Assembly: GCA_951406725.2 (NCBI GenBank)
Contig: OX597822.1
Span: forward strand, 54,932,001 to 54,996,000
Reading direction: 5' to 3'
Source of the DNA: Octopus vulgaris
Lineage: Eukaryota
Length of the DNA stretch: 64,000 nucleotides
Part shown: positions 12,420 to 24,233 of the stretch, piece by piece
Layout of the letters: each line of letters starts with the position of its first letter
How positions within the stretch are numbered: the stretch's first letter is position 1
Program-made: the position numbers and the translations under genes
Notes under the pieces: model-generated
What the model was told of the DNA's origin: nothing
The model's database searches: none
What the model saw: the letters and a program-made list of their open reading frames with translations, nothing else

Positions 12420-12533
12420 GAAATAAGATTAAGATTAATGTAAAAAATAAATATCACTGAAGCAAAATAACACCAAATATATAGTGCGTGTGTTTTTATT
12501 GGCTAAACTGGCAATATGACCATTCCGAAATAT

Positions 12534-12623
<90 letters not shown>

Positions 12624-13154
12624 ATATATATATTGTGTGCTTATGTACGAGTACATAAGATAAGTCCGTGGTGCAGGATTAATTATTGAATACCAAAAAT
12701 GAAATGTTATGAAATAGAATATATTTTGGGGGACTTAGTCTATAAAACAAGGAAAGCCTTACCAATGAAAAATGCAAATACCATCATCAGAAGACAAAGG
12801 ACGGTTAAAGCGTAATTTCTCATGATAGTGGTGGAGTAGTTGATAAATTTCCTCAGTGAAGTCAAATGGCTTACTACCAACTTCTGCAATGTTTCTTTCT
12901 TTGAAAAAGACTATATGGCCATATTTATTATCAAACATAGAGTATACGTGCAGCTGTTATTTTCCGACATAATACTTTAAGATAATAATCGTAAACGGAA
13001 TTTAAGAAGTAATCTGTATTCTTTATCTATTCCTGCTTCAGGGGGTTGCAGGTTTTGCGGAAACGTGTACGTTTGATTAACATGCATACAGTCACCACTA
13101 GTGTGTCACGTATACATATATACATTCTTACTGTCTCTCTTTCTCATACACACG

Positions 13155-13193
<39 letters not shown>

Positions 13194-13247
13194 CATATAC
13201 ATTTATATATATATATGTGTGTATACATATATGTATATATATGTATA

Positions 13248-13300
<53 letters not shown>

Positions 13301-13303
<3 letters not shown>

Positions 13304-13718
13304 GCAGGAGTGGCTGTGTGGTAAGTAGCTTGCTAACCAACCACATGGTTCCGGGTTCAGTCCCACTGCGTGGCACCTTGGGCAAGTGTCTTCTGCTATA
13401 GCCTCGGGCCGACCAATGCCTTTTGAGTGGATTTGGTGGACGGAAACTGAAAGAAGCCTGTCGTATATATGTATATATATATATGTATGTATGTGTTTGT
13501 GTGTCTGTGTTTGTCCCCTTAGCATTGCTTGACAACCGATGCTGGTGTGTTTACATCCCCGTCACTTAGCGGTTCGGCAAAAGAGACCGATAGAATAAGT
13601 ACTGGGCTTACAAAGAATAAGTCCCGGGGTCGATTTGCTTGACTAAAAGGTGGTGCTCCAGCATGGCCGCAGTCAAATGACTGAAACAAGTAAAAGAGTA
13701 AAAGAGAGAGAAAAGAGT
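13301..13718 (+). mobile_element. tRNA-derived SINE family B
   Basis: GGCGCAGGAGTGGCTGTGTGGTAAG..GGTTCAGTCCC..CCTTGGGCAAGTGTC; internal TA/TG microsatellite; tail (GTAAAAGA)n. Confidence 0.88.
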
Positions 13719-13730
13719 ATATATATATAT

Positions 13731-13765
<35 letters not shown>

Positions 13766-13933
13766 CATGCACACACACGCATACACATATTTACATATAT
13801 AGGGAGTAAGCGGGAAGGAGAGGGAAGGGAATTTTATAATCACGAATAGATAGGCGAATAGGTATGGTGCACCTAAACAAAGCGAACTCGATCATCCCTC
13901 CTTTGTACTTCCTCACTTGTGGTGTGTGTGTGC

Positions 13934-13995
<62 letters not shown>

Positions 13996-13998
<3 letters not shown>

Positions 13999-14900
13999 AA
14001 ACCTCGATATAACGGGGCTAACGGGAGTGGGGTGAGTTCTGTCCTTTAGTCTCTAAGTAGACAGACTAATAAAGGGTCGTGCATCAGTACGCGCTAAAAA
14101 TTTGTTACATTGAAGGTCATGTAAGGATGGCGTTATGCGTTGCTTGTAATGTAATGAAAATATGTCCACACAATACATACTACTGCACAGGATAACCTCA
14201 TTAAATTGCAACAAAGAGTGTGAATTGTATTTAACTTTTTTGACAGCATAGTTAATTAGTATTTCGTTGGGCCATAGTGATGATGCAGTAGCTTTTATTC
14301 TGTGTTTGATTGGGAAAGTAAAAGGGAATCGATTCTGTTTAGACTATGAAATATACTCAGATGGAGGCTAGTACCGTCAGCTTGGTTGCGAAATAGAAGT
14401 TCGAGTCAAGGAAGTTAGTTTGAAAGAAAGTTCATAGCTTCAGCAGTTTGCCACTTTGAAATTGCTTCTAAATTTCGATCACCCTTTACTCTCGAAAATA
14501 TTCATAATTCATCAATCTTTAGGTAAGAAGACGTCCTTCTTCTTTTTCAATGTATTTTTTTCTCTTCTGCATTACTAAGAAGAACTTTGTCCATAATTTA
14601 TTCATCTGTGAAGACTTAATAACTAAGATCAGTGGCGTTAATTTCGCATTATTTTTCAGCATTTGTCTTCACTTGTTTCCTATTTGCCAGCATTTACATA
14701 GTGGCACTGGAAGTCATTTATCGTAAATCTGTAAAAAATCCAAACCAGGTTTAGTATTATTCAACAACTTCTTCCAACCATTTGCGAAAGTCGTAATCTT
14801 CAACTCTTTCCAAGCATCTGCTAAGTTAAAGAATGCAGAATTGGTGTTGAAGGCTTGCAGACTTGGGGAATGTTTTGGCTCTTCAGTCTTATCGTCATCA
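13996..14900 (-). mobile_element. Probable pogo/Tigger-like DNA transposon remnant
   Basis: Terminal TGAAACCTCGATATAACGG resembles a Tigger-type TIR; minus-strand fragment FANGWKKLL resembles the C-terminal part of pogo transposases. Confidence 0.4.
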
Positions 14901-14904
14901 TCCT

Positions 14905-15323
14905 CTTTTACTCTCTTTTTACTCTTTTACTTGTTTCAGTCCGTTGACTGCGGCCATGCTGGAGCACCGCCTTTAGTCGAGCAACTCGACCCCGGAACTT
15001 ATTCTTTGTAAGCCCAGTACTTATTCTATCGGGCTCTTTTGCCGAACCGCTAAGTGACGGGGACATAAACACACCAGCATCGGTTGTCAAGCAATGCTAA
15101 GGGGACAAACACAGACACACAAACATACACGCACACACATATATATATATATACATATATACGACGGGCTTCTTTCAGTTTCCGTCTACCAAATCCACTC
15201 ACAAGGCTTTGGTCGGCCCGAGGCTATAGTAGAAGACACTTGCCCAAGGTGCCACGCAGTGGGACTGAGCCCAGAACCATGTGGTTGGTAAGCAAGCTAC
15301 TTACCACACAGCCACTCCTGCGC
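14905..15323 (-). mobile_element. SINE family B copy
   Basis: Reverse complement of the 13301-13718 family; further copies at ~17385-17755, 21355-21750, 29570-29975, 45530-45910, 46540-46934, 53200-53645, 55735-56110. Confidence 0.88.
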
Positions 15324-15609
15324 ATCCAATTTATTTCTTCTAAACAAATTCTTCTAATGCAGACTCTTACAGGCAACAATTATTCCTTGATCACTAGCCG
15401 AATAACTAAAGATGATTACACAATAAAAACAATTAATTCTTTACCAACTTTACAAATTAAGGTGAGCAGGTGCATTATCAAGAAGCATCAAAGTAATTTA
15501 TGAGGAGAAATCTCTCTGAACATTTTTGTCATTTTGTTTGGAAGCGTCTTATATCAGGGACTAAGTAGTAAAAATTAGTAAGAAAAATACCTGAAACAAG
15601 TAAAAGAGA

Positions 15610-15669
<60 letters not shown>

Positions 15670-15717
15670 CACAGATGTGAAGCAGCTATTCTCTGTATAG
15701 AAAACACTTAGTAGTGC

Positions 15718-15772
<55 letters not shown>

Positions 15773-17042
15773 CGTGCGTGGCTGAGCCCTCCGCAGACAC
15801 GTGTACCCTTAACGTAGTTCTCAGGGAGAATCAACGTGACGCAGAACGTGTCGAGGCCGGCCCTTTAAATTACTGGTACTGTTCATATTTGCCAGCTGAG
15901 TGGACTGGAGCCGCCACGTGAAATAAAGTATCATGCTCAAGGACACAACGCGCCGCCGGGAATCGAACTCACGATCCTGAGCCGATTACCCTAACCACTA
16001 AGCCACGCGCCATCACTGCGTGCGCGTATGCATGCATGCATGTACGTATGTATGTATCTTTGTATGTATGTATGTATGTATGTATGTATGTATGTATGTA
16101 TGTATGTATGTATGTATGTATGTATGTATGTATGTATGTATTGAATGTCCCATGAAGTCAGTTGACCGACTAAACCAAATCACTCCATTCTACAGCTGCA
16201 ACGTAATTCTTTCAATGCCATTCCTCTTCAAAAATCGTCAAACTCCTTCACGTCTCTTCGTCGTTTGTTTACTCATTGGAGAGGAATGTTATCGAGCAGA
16301 GGTAAGGCAAGCATGTACATAGGCAAATAAGTAAATAGTCCTTGGTGAGACGACAGTCAAGCAAGCAGGTGGATTAGTTTGATAGATCGTCTTAATGAAT
16401 ATGTTATCAGATTTTTTTTAGACGCCAGAGGGTTGTTGCGTACATATAAATCGCATAAGTAGTTGACTAAGATGACCTTTTTGGTAAGTAAAGTTGCTTT
16501 AAACTGGATCCACGCGTTTGTAGAGGACTCATATAATCGATTAACACCAGAATTTTTTAAATTTTTTTTACACTGGGGAGTTTCATTACAGCATACATGT
16601 GTACGCAGTGAGTTAGATCGACAGAGACATGACATATTTGGAAAAACGTATGTGTGTGTGTGTGTGTGTGCGCGCGTGTGGTGGTTACTCATTCAACAGT
16701 CCACATGTGTACCATAGGTAATCTCTCTTGAAACTGTCCTAGGGCTATACAGCAAGGATGTGCCGTGGGGAGAAAAGCAAATTTGAACTCGGCAAGCTGG
16801 AATCTCTGAACATAGAGGAACGTATCTAAATATTGATTTCTAATTTTGGCACAAGGCCAGTAGTTTCGAGGAGGGGCTAAGTCGATTACATCGACCCCAG
16901 TGCCCAACTAGTACTTATTTCATCGACTCCGAATTGATGAATAGAAAAATTGACCTCAGCGGAATTGGAACGCAGAACGTAAAGACAGACAAAATGCTGC
17001 TAAGTATTTTGCCCAGCATGCTAACAACTCTGCTACCTTGCC

Positions 17043-17108
<66 letters not shown>

Positions 17109-18991
17109 CCTTTCTACTAAAGGTACAAGGCCTGAAATTTTTGGGGAAGGGACTTGTCGAATACATCAACCTCAGTGTTTCACTGGTACTTAATTTATGG
17201 ACCCCTAAAGGATGAAAAGCAAAGTCGACCTCGGCGGAATTTGAACTCAGAACGTAAAGACAGACGAAATGCCGCTAAGTATTTTTCACGTATTCTAAAC
17301 ATTCTGTCAGCTCACCGTGAAGAATGTTACTCTAATGATCTCTCCCCTTCATGCCACTTCCCTACTTATCAATGCTAATTCTTTCTTTTATTTGTTTCAG
17401 TCATTTGACTGGGGCCATGCTGGAGCACCGCCTTTAGTCGAACAAATCGACCCCAGGATTTATTCTTTGTGAGCCTAGTACTTATTCCATCGGTTACTTT
17501 TGCCGAACCGCTAAGTTACGAGGACGTAAACTCACCAACATTGGTTGTCAAGTGATGGTGGGGGAACAAACACAGACACACAAACATACGCATATATATA
17601 TATATATATACGACAGGCTTTCTTCAGTTTCCGGCTACTAAATCTACTCACAAGGCTTTGTTCGTGCCGAGGCTCAAGTAGAAGACTCTTGCTCAAGGTG
17701 ACACGCAGTGAGACTGACCTGGAACCATGTGGTTAATAAGCAAGCTACTTACCACAGGCACAAAGTCAGCAGTTTTTGAGTGGAGGGTGTACTCCACTAT
17801 TGATACCAGTGCTTGAGTGGTACTTGACTTTATCGAATTCGAAGCGTTGTAAAACAGCCAAGTTGATCTCAGAAGAATTTGACAAAGAAGGTAACAAGCT
17901 GGAAGAAATATGCGAAATATTTTGTCGGATGCGCTGAAGATTCCGCATAATCTCCATGAATTAAATTCATTCAATAATGGCCGGCACGGAACTAGAGTAG
18001 AAGTCACTTGAATTATGTACCACACAATGGAACTGAACCTGAGGGGGAAGTCGATTTCATCGACCCCAGTGCTCGACTGGTACTTATTTCATCGATTCCG
18101 AAAGAATGAAAGGCAATGTGGACCTCGGCGGAATTTGAACTCAGAACATAAATTCGGACGAAATGCCGCTAAGAAATTTGCCCAGCGTGCTAACTATTCT
18201 GACAGCCCACTGCCTTACCTTATTAAGAAAGTTTTGCCTTGAAATAATATAAAATAGTGACGTTAATGTTTGATCCAAAGGTAAGACAAATTTAAATGCG
18301 CGGAAATGTACAATCGTCAGGGCTTTAGTTATAAACGTCAAAGTTAGAACTTGGAATTTAAACTCAGAAGCTAAGAGGACAAACCTGAATACTGCAAGGA
18401 ACCCTGTCTTTGTCTGGCGATCTGCAAATTCTGTCACTCGACAAAGATCTTAATTAAAATGTTCAGCGCAACAAAAAGAAAACGACAACCAGGTGAGTTT
18501 ATAAATATATTTAATGAGATAATACAAAATCTTTACAAATTACTAATGGCACATCCTGAAAAACAATGTTCTAAGACAAAAAACGATCACGGAAATATCT
18601 AGAAATACAACGGCTGCATAAATATTTGAAGACATAGCAGATGATGATGTCTGGTAAAATATGGCATAACAGATGACATCTGGGAAAGGGTTACATAACA
18701 GATGATGACGTCTGCCTCAAAAGGTTATACTTTGTTGTTCATTGGCAGGATCTCTTCGATTTCGTCACTGTAGGAAAAATAAGAATAGGGTAGAGAATAT
18801 ATATACATATGTGTTTGTGTGTATGTGTGTGGCATGTGTGCGTGTGTTAAGTGTGTATGTGTGTATAACTATATATATATATATATATATATATTCTACA
18901 TATACATACATATATACGTATACACACACACACACACACACATAGACACACGCACAATGTTTTGTAAATATATGCTTGCACATCTTGTGAG

Positions 18992-19023
<32 letters not shown>

Positions 19024-19143
19024 TGAATTAGAAGCAACTTGAATGTTGTAAACAATATCGAATAAATGTATTAAATGCATGTGCTTTATTTCTTCGTCGG
19101 TCGGCTGCAATATATATACACACACACACACATATATATATAT

Positions 19144-19253
<110 letters not shown>

Positions 19254-19998
19254 GCATGTATATATATGCATATATACATGATTTATATATGTATATACAT
19301 ATATATATGTATATATATATAATTTGCGAGTGTGTTTGTGTTTGTAAAATAACGAAGGTAGCTAGACGCAATACAAAATCAAAAAGAAAATCTCTTTTGT
19401 CACTAATAGTGACTGATGGTGCAGGGTACACCTACATTGCTAGAAACAAGAATCAAAGACCCTTATAACCGGAAAAAATGCATATGTCTATGCACTGACA
19501 GGGAAGATAACCGCCCCTCAGCGAGTGAGATCGAGGTCATTATAGTAGCTAGTTTCGCTTAGTTCATCAGTAGTGATTACTACATCGCTGACGGTCAGGC
19601 TAAATCCCAGCAGTCAGTATTTACCATATGAATCAATGACTATATTTGTATATTATATTTGTTTCTATATGTACATGCTCGTACTCCTTCAAATATCTAT
19701 GATTTATGCCAATGGATGCTTCTTTTTCTAATATTTTATTTATTGTTCATTTATTTTAACAGAAGCAGTGTTGTATTGAAAACAGTTTCGCTTTTTCCTT
19801 TTACATATGCAAAATTATTTTCTTCCCTTGCACGAGTTCTTAAAATACACCGTTGTCCATATCCTCTGCATTTAAACTACACATATCTTTGTTCCAGCCG
19901 GTTTCTTCTATTTCTCTGTCTTTGTATTTTAAGGTAAATATTTCACTTATTAAATCTTTACGTTTAGTAAATTATACTTTATAAGTTTTCATTCATTC

Positions 19999-20004
19999 TT
20001 TATT
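19999..20004 (-). promoter_or_regulatory. Candidate polyadenylation signal (AATAAA) of the guanylyl cyclase gene
   Basis: An AATAAA on the minus strand ~520 nt past the stop; hexamer only, in AT-rich DNA. Confidence 0.25.
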
Positions 20005-20075
20005 TCTTATTCCATTACACACACACCCACTCACGCACACACATACACACAAACACACACATACACACACTCACT

Positions 20076-20124
<49 letters not shown>

Positions 20125-20175
20125 GACGGGCTTCCACACAGTCTCTGACATATATGTATATATATATATCCATAT

Positions 20176-20266
20176 CGGCTACCTCTGACGAGAGCAGGGT
20201 TACACACAATTGTTATCTGTGACTACGTTGAATCCCTAGTGCGAAACCGATTGGTATGATCGGCCG
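20176..20266 (+). ncRNA. Degenerate type I hammerhead-like motif
   Basis: CUGACGA (20185-20191), imperfect long stem II, GAAA-CC-GAUU-GG-UA (stem III and GUA triplet), weak stem I CGGC/GCCG. Confidence 0.4.
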
Positions 20267-20525
20267 TAACGGATATATAATACTGTACACTTCGGATGAT
20301 TTACCCACTCTTTTGACAGATATAAAAGTGCATTCTTTTGCTGACTTATGGACTCTTAGACGACTTGCACGCGCCCATACACACACACACACATGACAGA
20401 ACACGAAACCACGTGGTTGTGATGCGATCTTCTTAATCGCACAGCCATGCTTGTGCCTATAATACAATAATAAAATATAACATGCACATGATATATTATA
20501 CAAGTATGCTTATGTTCAACAAAAC

Positions 20526-20606
20526 CTACATTTTCTCTGGATCCGGTAACCTTTTGCTGAATCCAACTTTTCCATTCATCCAGTACGTTGTCATGGTACC
20601 CTTTCC
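20526..20606 (-). CDS. Receptor guanylyl cyclase terminal coding exon
   Basis: 81 nt, ttgtag|GGA...TAG; GKGTMTTYWMNGKVGFSKRLPDPEKM*, the KGKGxMxTYW terminal motif of GCs. Confidence 0.92.
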   Translation of the reverse strand, partial: GKGTMTTYWMNGKVGFSKRLPDPEKM

Positions 20607-20702
20607 CTACAACAAAAACATCAAAACAGAACATTATTAGTAGCAATTAGTTAAAATCGTGTTTGAATTAGTTACATATATACATTAATGTATATATGTA
20701 TT

Positions 20703-20786
<84 letters not shown>

Positions 20787-20868
20787 TAAAATCGATAATT
20801 TAAAAATAAAATAACGATTTTATCAAGTGGTCAGCATGGAAAAAATAACCTTCAAAGGTAATGATTAT

Positions 20869-21008
20869 TAAAATCATAAATTAGGGTATCTACGAGATAC
20901 CACCATGCTGAAAATAGCAGCCATGATCTGACTCTAATTAAGGTGGTTTTAGAGTCAGATCATGGCTGCTATTTTCAGCATGGTGGTATCTCATAGATAC
21001 CCTAATTC

Positions 21009-21017
<9 letters not shown>
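20869..21017. repeat. Inverted repeat, 69-bp arms, 11-nt loop
   Basis: 20869-20937 vs reverse complement of 20949-21017, 3 mismatches by eye. Confidence 0.92.
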
Positions 21018-21040
<23 letters not shown>

Positions 21041-21061
21041 GGAGATGATGTACAGGTATTT

Positions 21062-21337
21062 TATATTAGAAGAAATGAGGTACTCAGAAAATCGGATGGT
21101 TTATATTTACAGATATTTATTTGTATATTACATTTTTTATACATCATATAACTTAGATCATGTATTAGCGCTTTCTCCCATTCTAGTGGGGTTTTCAAAT
21201 CAAACTAAGTTCCTAGAATGAGAGAAAGCGCTAATACATGATCTAAGTTATATGATGTATAAAAAATGTAATATACAAATAAATATCTGTAAATATAAAC
21301 CATCCGATTTTCTGAGTACCTCATTTCTTCTAATATA
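21062..21337. repeat. Inverted repeat, ~125-bp arms, 26-nt spacer
   Basis: 21062-21186 vs reverse complement of 21213-21337, 1 mismatch by eye. Confidence 0.95.
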
Positions 21338-21749
21338 TATATATATATATATTCTCCTTTACTCTTTTACTTGTTTCAGTCATGTGACTGTGACCATGCT
21401 GGAGCACCGCCTTTAGTCGAGCAAATCGACCCTAGGACTTATTCTTTGTAAGCCTAGTACTTATTCTATCGATCTCTTTTTGTTGAACCGCTAAGTTACG
21501 GGGATGTAAACACACCAGCATCGGCTGTCAAGCGATGTTGGGGGTACAAACATATACACGCACATACATATATATGAATACATATATACGACGGGCTTCT
21601 TTCAGTTTCCGTCTACCAAATCCACTCACAAATCTTTGGTCGGCTCGAGGCTATAGTAGAAGACACTTGCCCAAGGTGCCAGGCAGTGGAACTGAACCCG
21701 GAACCATGTGGTTGGTAAGTAAGCTACTTACCACACAATCACTCCTACG

Positions 21750-21808
<59 letters not shown>

Positions 21809-23542
21809 TTACTTGGAATCAATCATATAATAATATAAATAATACATATCATTTATATTATTATTTGATTGAACGCTATGCATCCATTTCCAAGTTCATC
21901 TTAATCTTTTTGATGCGACTTTATACTGTTTTCTCCCCTATCCTTTCCTCAAATTCCCTTTTTCTCCCCTTCACCGTTTTCTATCTGTCCCTCTCTCTCC
22001 CCCTCTTTCTCTTTTTCTCTCTCTCTCGTTGCTCACATGTGACCATCGTCCATCTTTCTTTTCTTCACGTGATCATCTTTCTTTTTCTTCAGGACTGTCC
22101 CAAGGACTGGACGTCTTTTGTCTCTCTCTTCTATCTTTTCTGTTTTCAAAGAAAATATTTTTCCAGCGTTCGCTATTTTACCCTCGTTCTGTTCTAACAA
22201 CAATCTATGTTTGTTTCTATGTATGTGTGTATGTATGTATGTATGTATGCATATTTGAATGTTCTTTCTGACAGGAGTTTTAGTGAGCATTTTCACTTGT
22301 CACCCTGTTGAGTCTGAAGATTTTAAGCAAAAAAGAAAAAAAAAATTACATCGAGAAAAGTTGCTCTTGTTCTCGCCATAAATTGTGCAACCATTCACCC
22401 TTTCAATTTTAAGAACTACATGTATGTATATATGTGTGTATATATGATATGTATTTTCAGCTCATATTTTGTCTGTAAATAGATATCAGACAAACCGACA
22501 GCCTCCCATAAGCCCCTGTCTCACTTATTGGAGAATGCATTCTGCTACAGGTCGGCCAGGGATCTCTCTCCAGCTCTTCTGTGGTGGTCATATGGTAACC
22601 CCCTCAGTTATTTGAAAAACAAAGTTATGTCAGTTTCTTGCTTCCTCCTTTTCCTGTGAAAATCTTTCGAGCGGGGAGATACCGTTCCGATGTACCTCAT
22701 CCATAGTTTCTCCATTTCATGGAGTGGCTCAATTCGAATTTGATTTTGACCAGCAGAAGATGTATGTTGTTGTCAATGCTCGTATTGTTTATACTGAAAG
22801 CGCGTGGCTTAGAGATTAGGGCATTCGACTCACGATCGTAAGGTCCTGAATTTTATTGCTGACAACTCGTTGTGGCCTTAAACAAGACACTTTATTTCAC
22901 ATTATTTCAGTCCACTCAGCTGGTCAAAATGAATAGCACCTGTATTGCAAAAGGCTCGCCTTGTCATAATGTGTATCATACTGAATCACCCCGAGAACTA
23001 CGTTAAGGGTACACGTGTCTGTAGAATGCTCAGCCACTTACACATTAATTTCACGAGCAGGCTGTTCCGTTGATCGGATCAACTGGAACCCCCGTTGTCG
23101 TAACCGTTTACTGTTCCCCACTTTAAAACTAGTGTTTCCAAATTTATTCTTTTTTTGTCTTTTCCATTGTTCAGATTCAAATGTTTAAGGTTGAAACGCT
23201 GACTGTTTGATTTGCGATTACGTTGTCTGGTTGTTTTTATTTTCAAATTTATTTTCATATTTGAAAATAATTTGGAGGTGTATTTGTTTGCATTATTAAG
23301 ACTATACTGCTGCCACTTCTAACTTCTACTTCATCAGATACCTTGAGCTACAAATAATAACATAATTGGTCATTTATCAAGAAATATAGAGGTCAGTTAA
23401 ATATGTCTGAAGAGAAATCTTTAGGTAGGGCAATGGAGTTACTCAAACAATTCAAAACCCTGCCATGAGGAAAACTGGGATAAAAACACTTTGTTTTCGC
23501 GGAGTTTTGACAGATGTCCCTCCAATTAAACAATAAATGATA

Positions 23543-23581
<39 letters not shown>

Positions 23582-23586
23582 TTGAA

Positions 23587-23634
<48 letters not shown>

Positions 23635-24169
23635 CAGGCAGTGGCTCTCATGGCTTATGATGTTAACTGATTGGAAGTGTTATCATGTACATTGTTTTGT
23701 CTTGGTTTAAAAGATGGGCTACGGCAAATATTCTGCTCAATACCACAGATTTGCTTGTCAGTTGTTTGACCTTAACCAGTTGAGCATGTCCCTTGGTGGC
23801 CGACGATATTTGCATCTCTGATCATGAGCAGAAGTAGTGGAGGAGCATTATAGCCATGTGCTGAGAGGAATTCTTTGGAGTTTGGATAATTCACCTTTGG
23901 AAAATGGGTGTTTCGTTCAACATCCTTAAACAACCTTTATTCAGGGACCTTTGGAGCGGGATGGGCTACTCGACCAGAAGAAAGGTCTAACTGGGTCCCA
24001 CCTGCAAGGTCATGCGCTGTTTATCTTGCTATATCACCATGTCGCGCACATATGGTTGTGGTGCATGTGCCTGGTGTACCCTTATCAGACGGGTAGTTAT
24101 GATGGGTATACTGGGTTTCGTATATTTAACCCCAGTATCACTTTGATGGCATGCACTGCCCTCTCACTC
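23635..24169 (+). mobile_element. Second copy of the ~550-bp (TAA)n-inserted repeat
   Basis: Colinear with the 3503-4056 copy, slightly shorter at the 5' end, same 3' end, TAA arrays on both sides. Confidence 0.75.

Positions 24170-24229
<60 letters not shown>

Positions 24230-24233
<4 letters not shown>

Larger units (their letters stand above)
10861..12540 (-). mobile_element. 5'-truncated Penelope-like element with inverted pLTR copies
   Basis: Arms 10917-11417 and 12049-12540 are near-perfect reverse complements enclosing a GIY-YIG ORF fragment; flanked by (TA)n. Confidence 0.88.

Noticed and set aside
15084-15503. Recurrent 'MSSNAKGTNTDTQT...SFSFRLPNPL...' ORF family (also 13203, 17545, 21535, 29746, 53375)
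   Set aside because: Antisense reading of SINE family B, not a protein family.
19541-19580. Minus-strand CUGAUGA..GAAAC hammerhead-like core
   Set aside because: Stem II barely pairs and there is no convincing stem I or cleavage triplet; chance or too decayed to call.
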